From assembly GCA_013265495.1 (NCBI GenBank), contig MU058636.1, positions 9,750,176 to 9,814,175 on the forward strand: 64,000 nt of DNA, given 5' to 3'. The stretch's first letter is position 1. Every line of letters begins with the position of its first letter. This document shows positions 50,568 to 62,131 of the stretch, in pieces. The notes below the pieces were generated by a model. The model made no database searches. It saw only the letters and a list, made by a program, of their open reading frames with translations, and was not told the DNA's origin. A program made the translations under genes and the position numbers. This DNA comes from Vicugna vicugna. Its lineage: Eukaryota.

Positions 50568-52039
50568 CAAAGTGTGTCCCTTCAGAGCCATGGCCTGTCA
50601 GACCTGGGAGTGCCTTCTCGACCTTCTCCTGCCCTCTTTTGTGGTTTCAAGGGCATTTTTATTTAAGATCAATAGAAAAGGGATTCCTGAAAATTGGCCT
50701 GAAATGCAAAGGAATTTAAGAATAAACTAGTTTTAAAAAAAAGGCATTTAAAAAATATCTCTGTGCCAGATTTTGAACTAAAATCAGGTTAATGGTGATG
50801 GTGATTAAATGACCTACCCAGCCATGACCTATTACTTGAATACCAAGCATCAAAACCTCACTTTCCTGGTCTGGACGCTTTCTCGCTCCCTGGCTAAGCG
50901 TTTGGCTTTGGTCGCTTCTTAAGCCCTCGGTTTCATCACACAGACCGCTATTTCCTTCCAGCCCTGCAGCCCTGATTTCCATCGTCTCATTGCCTTCTTG
51001 GAGCTCCTGCAGCCACCAGCTATCACTTCCTGGGAGACTTTTCCGCCATGCCACGGTGTTGGAGCCAAAGAGTGAAATGGCCAGGCCTCTGTATTTGACG
51101 GGCTGTCTTGTCTGTTTAAAAACTTGGTCCCATTATATCTCCAGCAAGGCCACCTCCGTTCGGCCCACGCTGTTTGACTACTTTGATTCTTTACTCCATG
51201 TGTGTGCAAGTTTGAAATCTAAGCTCAAATGGGACATGGACGCTTAAACTGCATCCGAGAGTCTCGGTGAATATTTGAACTTTCAAGTAAGAATTAGTCA
51301 GTGAGCCACCAAAAGAGAGGAAATGTTTCAATTATTTTGAGATAACAATAATCTTTTTGTTTTGAGCTGGAAACTTGAGCTTTGAAGGAACCTTAAAGAA
51401 TTTGAGGATGTGTCCACGGCCGCCGCGGGCCAGTTTGCACCATGAATACCAGCTTCCTGGGATATTCATTAAGCTTCGTGAAGCAGCAAATTACAGGTCC
51501 CCTGGAGCCAGGACTTTCCTCTTTTTTATTGTCCATGTGCTCACCTATTCCAGAAGCATCCCTGGAGGTCATGAACGTTGTACGATTGAGCAACGCGCTT
51601 TCCTCCTCGCTGAGTCAGTTGGTGGTAACCGGGTTATTATTAGAAGACAGGTAGTCAGCGGGAGGACCACTGCCGGCTGCTGGCAGTCTCTCCCCAGGCT
51701 CTTTGGATGAGCGATCATCCTTTTTTATTGTCTTGTCATTGTAGACATGCCCTGAACTAATTTGGAACAGGAGTGGAATGAGTGAGGCTTGGTAGATGAA
51801 ATTGGTGTGGGGAAAAACAGATTGAAAAGAAAGATGTGTCCTGAGGAAGTTCACAGGGATGAGAGAGGAGAGGAAGGAAGGGGAGGTGTGTGTGTGGGGG
51901 GTTTGGTCCAAAGCCTGACCAGCTGGGATGATAGCATAATATTGTGGGAGCAGCTATGTTGGCTCTAAGGAGTTCTAGGGCTGCCCGCGTGAAGACTATG
52001 GCAAAGCAGATTTGGATCCCCCGTCCACTCATCATTATA

Positions 52040-52290
52040 TGCAGAAGAATTTATTGAGTTGCCCACCATGTGCCAAACTTCACATCGGTAGCCGCATCTT
52101 ACAAAAGAAGGGCATTGTTTTTTATCAGTGTTTTGCAAGTGTTTCATGGTCATTTCCCTGCTTGCTGATGATGCTAATGTGCACATTTTGCAGATGAGGG
52201 AATGAGAACCACTGTGAGGTTAAGTGATTTGCCTAAGGTCACAAAACAAAGTGCTGGCTGCCTAGTGATTAGAAGAGAGAGACTTGAAAT
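52040..52290 (-). mobile_element. MIR SINE
   Basis: atttattgagttgcccaccatgtgcca; cattttgcagatgaggg...gaggttaagtgatttgcctaaggtcaca. Confidence 0.75.
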
Positions 52291-55200
52291 TTCAAATGTG
52301 TCGCCTCTGGCTAGATGGTTACTAAGGTTTAATTCCTCTAATATGATTTTCTGAAATAATTTTCTTCTAAGAGATATAAGACCAGGCTTATCAGCAAGTA
52401 GAAAGCTCACTGTGCTTGCCCTTTTCGGGGACCATTCCCTCGTGGTGTGAAGCAAAACTATTTAAGGCTAATAATTCATTTTATCTCTTTAAAAACTTGT
52501 TATCGGATGATGTCCTTGGTGTAGAAAAGGCTTTTCGCTTTTTTAATGTGCTTTTGCAAATCAGTGCAAGAGCGGTGACACTAGCGTTGGGGCTTTCTTC
52601 ATAAACATCAGCCCTTTGTGACTGTCATCGCGTCTCCTAGACTAAAAGTGCTCATAAAATTGGACTCAAGAGCAACGCGTGCCAGAGAATGGAGTGACAG
52701 GAATCCAAAGTAATGTGAGAGAGAAGAGAATCATAAATCAAGGAGTGGTAACTTTAAGAGGAACCAAATAATTTGAACTCTTAAAGTATAGGAAATGCTT
52801 AGGTCCAATCATACTGCACTCAGAGCTAAGCCAACGGGCATAGGAAGAAGTGAGAAAAGGGCAGGAGAAAGGGTGGAGGGCTGCAGGCTGACCGAGACCC
52901 CATCTGCTCCAGCCTGAGGTGGGTCATAGATAAAGAATTCGAATCCTCGCGGCTCTGCTCAGCATTATCCTGCCTGTTTTAGACTTCAAGGCTAACGGCC
53001 ACCCCGTCCTGCTCAATGAGTAATGATGGAAGCCGATCTCTGTTGGTTGCTGTTCAGCAGTAAATGCACGTGTCTTGATTTACACACCCTCTGAAAGGGA
53101 CAGAACCTGACATCCTGTTTGTTGTCACAGGCAGCTATAAATTGGAAATTAGGTGACAGCCATACTCGTCTATTTAAAGGACATCCTCCATCTTTTAAAA
53201 ACAGCCTTTTCTGTCTATTGTCCTGGTTTTACAGCCTTTCGAAGCAACCGTTTGCAGCGTGAGGGTTTCCCGCAGTGAATGCACCAGGCCTCATGCCAAA
53301 TGCCACACTGTCTCCTTGACCAGAAGGTACCGTAGAGTGGACGGTAGGTGGTCGTTAGAAACTGTTTCAAGTCAGACAGGAGCTTGAAAAGTGTCTTTGC
53401 AACAACTCAAAGTTGCCTATTATTTATTTAGGAAAGGGAGAACTCACATTCAGTGGTTAAGAGGCCATACATGGGTCCACATGCCCTGGAAATTTTAAGC
53501 CTAACTTCCTTTCTGCTTTTCTCTGAGACAGAATTCCATTGTTTTCAATAAAGTTATGTTTTACTTTTTTAAAGTCTAGAACCTCATTGTGGTGGTGCAT
53601 ACCTACTGAATTTTACATTTTGGATTCTCTTTAGCCAAGTCTGATACACCATATCTTCAAGTAGGGGGCCAAAAAGTGAGCGCTAGCCTAGTCTTTATGT
53701 CTGCTTATACCTGATCATTTTAAGATAAATATAACCAATGTAAAAAGTTCCCGTGCCAATGGAAAGCAAAGGTGTAAATAATACAAAGAAAGGTGACTAA
53801 AAATGCGATACTGTCTCTGGAACCCCATGGGAAGTTCACATCGCATGAGACATACAACCAATATGCTCATCGTGTTTCTTATTATGTTCAGCACAGTTCC
53901 ATCTCATCTCGAACGTATCTTTGAACGTCTGTCCTGGCGGGTAGTTGAGGGGGTAGACCTTATGTCCTTACGAAGAATTCACAAAACAGAAACTGTTCTC
54001 ATGGTTGATGGAGAATTACTCAATTCTTTTCCTTGGTGCAGTGTGGTCCCCATCACGTCTGCTGGGATGGGAATCAGTGGGTTCTACTGGGGGAAGATAG
54101 TCCCGACGTGCATGCATTAGAAGGGATTGGAAAGAGAACTTTGGAGGAGATGACCCTTCTGCCTGAGGAGGTGCTGTGAAATGGTATACAACTGACCATG
54201 ACCACTTCTTTTGTCCACAAGAGGTGACCTATTAAATATCTGCTTTTTCACATGAGCCAGTCTTCTGGAGCTCAAGAAAGAAGTGGATGGGGAATGTACT
54301 GTTCTTACAGTTTAAGTCAAATAATTGAGACCATTGAAAGGGATCACTTATTTTTATATTTTTCCTTGAACAATTCCAGACTCTTTAAATCATAATTCAT
54401 CCCTACATTTTCCTTCTCATATGTTTCATTTTAATTGTTTCCAGCAACTTCCTCTCTACTATATATAATCGCATAACACTCATTCTTCTCATCTCAGCAA
54501 ATGTGTGATCAGAGCAAAGATGGTGAGATGGAGCTCCAGGCTGGGAAAGAGAAGGGAAGCCGGTGCTTCTAACAGGTGTCAATCAAACCATGTCAACCTG
54601 TGGCCAGATCGTTGAGGAGGGCGTGTGGGCTTTGGAAAGAAAACGTCTCTATACTTCCGCAAGTTTGTTTTGGCCTTTTGATGTGTTTTCTCGGTATAGA
54701 CTCTTGGAAAACTAACCTTGACTGTATTGAAGCTAAGAGAAAAGGGATTTTCCCACAGCCTGTCAAGAAGAGTTACACGCTTTCCTGTCAGATGAGGGGG
54801 AGCTGCAGAAAAACCAGCTCTGATGGCCGGGGAGGCAGTAGGACCAGTGGGATGCAGCTGGGGGACCGCAGGGAGTGGGGACTGCAGGGGCGGGCAGCCA
54901 GGATGGACTCAGGCAGGCACAGGTGGGTGTGCTACCTCCTTTTCTAAGTCTTTGAATGAAGGCTCTTTCCAGTGGTGTGAACCCTTTCTCCTTCTCCAAC
55001 TCATTAAAAATAGTGCACATCATGAATTACTGCAGGCTTTCCTCTTGACAGTTAGGACCAGATATCCTGGTGGGGTTTGGCATCCTCCTCCAGCATTTCA
55101 AGGTCCACTGTGCACCATTTCCACTTCCTCCCCAACCCCAGCATGCTTTGGGGAATTTGGGAAGAGATGAGATTGTCCCTTTCTCTATTTTGTCCTTCTC

Positions 55201-55357
55201 CATCTTCTTTCATTCCTTAATACCTTCTAATGTAACGTATCTCTCCCTCATGCTTATCCATGAATCTCCTTCCACGATTCTACTTACATAGATTTTTAAA
55301 TCTTTTGCTAAAAAGGAAACTCAAGATTATACTTTCACATGAGTTGAATAATCAAAT

Positions 55358-55779
55358 GTTTTTCTTTTTTTCCTTATTTTTTAACTGAAGTAGAGTCAGT
55401 TACAATGTGTCAATTTCTGGTGTACAGCATCATGTCCCAGTCATACGTATACATACATATATTTGTTTTCATATTATTTTTCATTAAAGGTTATTTGCAA
55501 ATCTCAAACTCCCAAATTTATCCCTTCCCACCTCCTACCCCACAAGTAACCATAAGATTGTTTACTATGTCTGCAAGTCTGTTTCTGTTTTATAGGTGAG
55601 TTCACTAGTGTCTTCTTTTACTGATTTTTTAGATTCCACTTGTGAGTGATAGCATATAGTATTTTTCTTTCCCTTTCTGGACTACTTCACTTAGAATGAC
55701 GATCCCCAGGTCCATCCATTGTTGCTGCAAATGACATTATTTTATAATGGAATACTACTCAGCCATAAAAAAGAACAAA
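55358..55779 (-). mobile_element. Young camelid-type L1 3' end with short 5' inversion
   Basis: Poly(T), L1 3' UTR to gttgctgcaaatgacattattttt, then inverted aatggaatactactcagccataaaaaagaacaaa. Confidence 0.88.
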
Positions 55780-55794
55780 CCTTTTTTAAAAAAA

Positions 55795-57665
55795 AACCCA
55801 GCAATTGCATCCTCCACACTTTCCCCTTTCCTCTGTTTCTGAGAGGCTACCGTTTTCAATTTTAGTAAGTATTTAACTCTGTATCTCCAAATGACATATT
55901 TCGTGGTTTTTTTAGTTTTAGGCCTTTTTTGGCCTCCCGTTATAGGTGAAGATTTACCCCTTTTACTTTGCTTGGCCTTCATTCCCTTTGCGTGTCTCAC
56001 ACAATCAGTGATTCATAATTACCACATGTAAATGCTGCTTATAACTGAATCACATGAGAAATGTAAGTTTTCTTGTGTAACTTTATACCTTCCCTGGAAT
56101 TTTTGTCCAGTTTTATTTAGATAGAATTGCCCTATAATGCTATAAGTTTAAGGTGTACAGCATAATGACTTGACTGATATATCTCGTGAAATAATTACTG
56201 CAGTAAGATTAGTTGTCATCCATCATGTCATACAGATTTAAAAAAAATGTTTTTTCCCTTGTGGTGAGAGCTCTTGGAATCTCTTAGGATTGGATGGAGG
56301 TGAACAGAAAGTACGAAGTCCCAGTTACAAGATAAATAAGTACTGGGGATGTGGCCTACAGTGTGATGACTATATTAACACTGCTGTCCGTATGTTTGCA
56401 AGTTAAGACAGCAGATCCTAAGAGTCCTCCTTGGAGTTAATAATTGCCTTGGTTTGGGTTCCCTCGGTTTTCTATGTCCTTATTACTACGCATCCCTGAA
56501 TTCTCCCCCAGTCTCTCCATTGTCTGTCCTAGAACTCCTAATTTCTGCACGTTGGTCATCCTGGACTGACTGATTTTCTCCTTTTTTCCTTCCTATGTCT
56601 CTTTTCTTTTCACTCTCTTTTTCAGAGATTTCTCAGCTTTGTAGTCCAATCTCTCTTATTGAGTTTTTCATTTCTTCTGGCATATTTTTTAATTTATATT
56701 CTTTTTTTGCAGAATGTCTTTTTTAAAGAGCTAAGTCTTCTCTGCCCTCTCTGAGAAAACTGATAAGTTTTTTTTTTTCAAATCCTTGCATAGGTTCTGT
56801 GTCTCCAACTTGCTTTTCCCTATTTGTGACTGTTGGTCTCTGTTATTCATGTTTGAGACTTTTCTCAGATACCTGGGGATCCTTCGTTGTCTGCTTATAT
56901 TTAACAAAGAGGTCCCCCCAAAACTGAAAGGCATCCCTGTGTGTGGCTCTACCTTTAGGACACAGATGAAGATGATCCGGGAGCCCTAGATGTCAGCCTC
57001 TTTGGACCTTTTCTCTTGGGATTTTCAGATCTGAAGTGAAGAACTTTTGTCCTCGGTAGGATACGAGCTTGGCTGCCAGGGTCCTGGAATCTAAATGGGA
57101 ATAGAGATTTTATAGTCCCAGCATTCAATAGCCAAGTGGACTTTGACTTGATTACCTGATTTCAATAGGCACCCCCATCTTCCATTTGCCTGTTCTCCCA
57201 CATTCCAGAGACCCCCCATTCATCCTGTCCTGAGAACAAACCTCCAGGCTTCCACCGAGGTGGGAAACTCTGAGGCCGAGCTGTGCTGAGTGACAGCTAC
57301 ACAGGGAGTCTGACAGTCTGCGTGTTTCTTATACAGACTTTCAAGTAACCACGCTGCTTTCAGCCAGTTTGCTGTCATTCTCACGTTCATAGGTACCTAG
57401 TGCTGCCGGTTTCTAATCTTTACGGGGGCTCCACAGTGCAGGTCACACTCAGCTTTTACCACTGCTAAGTTTGGTATTCTTTTTAATTCCTGCTGCTTCA
57501 CTTATCATCCATCTTTTTGCTTTTTAAGCTTTTACAATTTTATTGCCATTTCTTTTTCTCCTACTCTTTGACCTTGTAGGTGAACGCCTTAGTCTTTTTT
57601 GTCTTTTACTTTCATTTCAGTGAGTTTCAGGAGAGTGAGCAGTTGTTCAACCTACTATATTTAAC
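55795..57665 (-). mobile_element. Ancient L1 (L1ME/L1M5-type) fragments
   Basis: T-rich decayed L1 antisense: ttggagttaataattgcc, cttattgagtttttcattt, ctctgagaaaactgataag, tttctcagatacctggggatccttcgttgtctgc. Confidence 0.6.
56101..56428 (-). mobile_element. L1 3' end with inverted 5' segment, nested in older L1
   Basis: Antisense L1 tail 56101-56290, then sense-strand ccagttacaagataaataagtactggggatgt...gatcctaagagt 56291-56428. Confidence 0.85.
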
Positions 57666-57717
57666 CACAAGTCCTCTTGAGAGCTCTAAAAGTAGTTTTC
57701 TCAGGAGCAAGAGCATA

Positions 57718-57963
57718 AGAGCTGGGTCGTCATGTACGGTGGTATAGGTTGCACAGTGCACAACTCTAAGGGAAACCATTTCCACATGTGTTGCACATTT
57801 CCATAATGATTTTGACAAATGTCTGGCAAATGACACTAAACTGTCTTGTTCTGTAAAAATAAGTGTAACATAGCAATTTTTTAAAACATAGAAGTCAAGT
57901 TTCTTCATGAAGAGATAACTTTTTCTAAATTCATGCAAAGGAGCCATATGTGCTAATAGCTGT
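57718..57963. mobile_element. MER91-like hAT-Tip100 DNA transposon relic
   Basis: ggtggtataggttgcacagtgcacaactctaaggg and ttctaaattcatgcaaaggagccatatgtgctaatagc. Confidence 0.65.
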
Positions 57964-58740
57964 TCTGAAAGATATTTGAACTGAGACTCCTGATTTCAAA
58001 GATGTTTCTGAGTCTTTTAGTTTAAGTTGGACCAGACTGACTTCCACAAATGGACTGAGCAGAGAGTCTTCTAGTGCCAAGTAAATAGGGAGCTTCAACA
58101 GGTGGCCTCCGAGTAGTCTGATCAGGATTTTTTAAATGTCTGCTGTGAGGGAAATAACTGACATTTTTCTTGCCAACATGGTGAAATAAGATCTTCCTAA
58201 CTGGTAATAGTTGTAGATAAAATTGTGTTTAGAAATAAAATCAGCAGTAGGTTTCTGGTTTGAAGTCCGTTGGCTAACAGATCCGGACAGAACCTTGCCT
58301 CTCTTCCCACTCAGATAACCAACCACAAAGACAGCAAAAGGAATGAACACTCACACAAAACCAAAACTCACAGCCGGCACACGGCCAGAATCTGGGAAGA
58401 AAGTCCCCCCAAAATGAGGTCTGTGGAGTGGAACTAGAAATCGAAATTATTGCCCTAAGTGTGCTTTTCCAGCTGAAATGGAACTCAGCCGGCTGCTTTA
58501 GAAGAGGGCGGGAGCTCTGTGGAAACTGTCCCAGTGCTGTCCCCTGGCTCAGAGGTCCAAGGTCCACACAAAGCCCAAAGCAGGGTGGCCACTATACAGG
58601 CTTTGCGTGGATACTTCTTTTTGGTTCATAGGACTGATGTCTCCATATGCACCTGACCCCATCAATGATGGCCCTTCCTCGTTTATTTGGAGGTTTTAAC
58701 CCCTTGGGAAAACATGTAGCAGGAAGCGTGTCTGGAGGGA

Positions 58741-58769
58741 GAAGAGAAGAGAAGAGAAGAGAAGAGAAG
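58741..58769 (+). repeat. (GAAGA)n pentanucleotide repeat
   Basis: Directly visible. Confidence 0.9.
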
Positions 58770-59743
58770 GCCGCAGGAGATGGCTCTGCAGTGGTGTGTT
58801 GCATTCTGCAAGTTGAAATCCCAGCAAATAAAGAGTTAGAGGTGAGAGCAGATACAGAAAGCGCATGCTGGGATGAATGTGTCAGGATGAGGAATCAGGC
58901 ACTGGGTCTAAGAGCACATCTGAGTCCATGACAGTCATGCTAGTGGATGTGGGCCAGTCGCTGGGAATTAGGCTAAAAATTGTGCACCTTAACTTGCCCT
59001 CCAATTGATAACCATTTCCGTTTGTAAATGAACAGCTTACGAGTCTGAGGGCAAGTCACAGACCTTGTCGGCTGGAGAACACTAACTTCTAAGATGAGCA
59101 AATAGGAAAAGCCTCAATAGCACAAGGAGTATGTAAGAAAAATACTGCAGGACAATAAAGCGGAGACCCGGAGAAACTCTCTTGAAACATCACAGAACGA
59201 TTTCCTAGAGGTTTGGTAAAGTTGGTATCAAGATTTCAGGTTTTATACACACTGTCACCATACCAGTAAGGAAAATCAATATTTAAAAAAATGGAAAAGC
59301 CACAGCTGTGGCCACCCAGAAGGATGCACATCTCTGTGGACCAGAGGTAGGGCAGAGGTTAGAAAGCGGGCAGGGGCTGTGTAAGCTCTCATACTAGACT
59401 CGATCTAGGCACCTGGGGGATTGATTCCGTTAGCAGATTGGAGACACAGGATGCCCCTTATGTGTCAGCAGCCCAAGGCCAGCCCACTGCTGAAACTGGG
59501 CTTGGTGTGTGGGGTACCTCAACTCTGAAAGGAAGTGGAAAAACTTAAAATTGCTGTTGAAACCTTCGGCTTGCATAAACCTATTACACATGCTGCGCAG
59601 AAGGAGCAGAGATAACTGCATAACCAGGACCCGCTCCAGCTGCCGCCGCAGGCTCAGGAACTGGATCTAGGATGCACCTCAGTTTCATGATGGAGAGGAA
59701 CCCAAGCACCAGTCCAAAACCTGGTTTTAGTTATGCCGCTAGA

Positions 59744-59761
59744 TGTGTGTGTGTGTGTGTG
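59744..59761 (+). repeat. (TG)n microsatellite
   Basis: Directly visible. Confidence 0.9.
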
Positions 59762-59929
59762 GGAGAGACAGAGACAGAAATGAGATAAAATCACTGAGAA
59801 ATAGGAACAATAAAACCAACTAGAGAATAAACTCCTGAAGAAATGCAAATAATAGAGCGATATGAAAATGACGTTATAAAGTTCTCATAAACTGTATCTA
59901 AGGATGTATAGCTCATAATGTAATCCAAC

Positions 59930-60075
59930 CCTCTAAACCCAGCTCCAGGTCTTATTTGCCGTGTGACCTTGAGCGAGTCGTTTGACCGGACTGAGTCTGG
60001 GTTTCCTCATCTGTAAAATGGGGATTAAAATAGTACCTATTTCATTGAATTATCGGGACTATTAAGGTAATTATA
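59930..60075 (+). mobile_element. MIR SINE
   Basis: gtgtgaccttgagcgagtcg...gtttcctcatctgtaaaatggggattaaaatagtacctat. Confidence 0.9.
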
Positions 60076-60104
60076 ATTGTGCCCGCCATATAGCAAGCCA
60101 AAAT

Positions 60105-61790
60105 GCAATGACGGAATTGAAGTCCTCATTAGAAATGGTAAAAAATTCAGAATTGGTAACACAGGAAATCTAATCAATAACACAGAGGATAAACTTGAGA
60201 AGTTCTCCAAAAGTTTCTAAGAAAATGAAAAGAGATTTAAAAATGATTGATAGAAGTGGGGAGGGTATAGCTCAGTGGTAGAGTATGTGCTTAGCATTCA
60301 CGAGGTCCTGGGTTCAGTCCCCAGTACCACCATTAAATACATACATAAATCTAATTACCCTCCCGCAATTTTTTTAAAAACGATATTAAAAAATGATAGA
60401 AAATAAAATAAGCGTAGAGGACATAGAAGAGCATTCTGACATTTAAATAAGGACATAAATTTTTGAATTACTGTCGGTAACCTTGAATTAATAACAGTAT
60501 ATAAATCTGTATGAAAAGGTAATGTGCCTTCTTTTCAAGGATTCATCAAAACATCTCTTGATTATGTACTAAGACACGTTGTGCTGTGCACAGCTATAGG
60601 TGTTCAAGAGATCCTCTGGGCTGCTTGTGTCAAACCCAAGGGACCCTAATTATAAGCAGGTTTCTAGGACTCTCAATTCTCCATTTAACTAAAAGTTTTC
60701 TGCTTTTTATCTTTTTACATATTGTGGTTTCAGTTAAGGTTTTTTTTTAAAGTGTTGCATTGGTTAAACAATAACAACAGTTTGAAAATTGCTGCCCTGA
60801 AAGTTAATAAATTCTGAAGAGTGGAAGTAAGATGCATAGACTCAGCTCGCAGAGACACCAGAAAAGTGACACCAGAAATTAGTAATAAAAGTTAAAAACA
60901 AAACAAAACAAAACCCTCTGGCTGCTTGGACATTCAAATGACTGTTCTAACTCACTATCGACTCAATGAGTTAATCAAACTACAATTATAGTCTGTATAA
61001 ACGTGTAAATGTTACATGTAAAAACCTGGAAGACGTGATCAAAACAATGCTCAGGGTATAATCATAACATCATCTTTCCAGTATTAAATAAGAATTTAGA
61101 AAATAAGCACTTCACTCTCCTATTAGGAAAATCAAAAATTAACTCAAAGAAAAGGGGAATTTTAGAGATAAAAGTAAAAAATAAGTGAAAGCAAGAAATA
61201 ACCAATATCATCAATAGATCTGTCAGTTGAAACTTTGGGAGTTAAAAAACAAACAAATAAAAAGAGCCAATGAATTAGACAAATCCCTGACAATTATAAT
61301 TTTAAAAAGAGAAAAAACCCCACAAATTAGTAAAAGTTGAGCAGTGATAAGGTAATCATGAACAGTAATGTGTGACACTGAGAAAGTGGTTATAATCAGA
61401 GACCCAAAGGTGATCATGGTTTTCTAAGAGAATTTATACACTATGGGCAGGGAGTATACATCGACCCCATATATTCAGAAAGAATTTGATATATGAATCA
61501 AAATCGTTTAAAATGTGCCACCTTTTTGACCCAGAAATTTGTTTCTAGTTATAAGATTGATAAAATTATTAAAGAAGTGAACAAAAACTTATTTAAAAGA
61601 GAGTTTATTTTTGCATCATCTGTAAGAGCAAAAATTAGAAATTTCGTAAATGTTCAACCATAAAGAACTATTATTAAATAAGACATGGTACCTTTCTTCA
61701 GCACAACGCCATGTAACCTTCAACAAGTTGCAGAATATTTGACATATTTATTCCACATAGGAAAGTGAGAAAGGCCAGCTTCAAAACATC
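60105..61790 (+). mobile_element. Highly decayed old L1 (ORF1-, ORF2- and 3'-like remnants)
   Basis: A-rich; gaggataaacttgagaagttctcc (ORF1-like), aaccaatatcatcaatagatc..gttg and gaattagacaaatccctgaca (ORF2-like), ctttttgacccagaaatt (3' region). Confidence 0.6.
60258..60395 (+). mobile_element. tRNA-Ala-derived SINE (Vic-1-like) inserted in old L1
   Basis: ggggagggtatagctcagtggtagagtatgtgcttagcattcacgaggtcctgggttcagtccccagtaccacca followed by taaatacatacataaatctaattaccc; degenerate TSD aaaatgattgatagaa / aaaatgatagaa. Confidence 0.9.
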
Positions 61791-62099
61791 AGTCCAGGTT
61801 CACTGGGTGGATTAAATGATCTAATTAATGTATGTCAAGGCATCAGTGGAGAAGACATTCAATATGCGTGAGCTTTTCCTCCCAGGAAACACAGGATTAT
61901 TTTGAGAGCTTGCTGTGTATAACGTGGCTGCTCCAAGCCTGGCATGTGGCTCCTACTCATCAGATGGACTCTGCCCCTCTACCTCTTATCTTTATTCAGG
62001 AGAGCTACAGTTTGACTCTAGCCCACACTGGCGTTTTGTACCAGGATGCACGGAGTTAAACTGTGGTTTCTGAAGCAGTGATGAGATGACCACAAGATA

Positions 62100-62131
62100 G
62101 TGTGTGTGTGTGTATGTGTGTGTGTGTGTGT
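62100..62131 (+). repeat. (TG)n microsatellite
   Basis: Directly visible. Confidence 0.95.
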
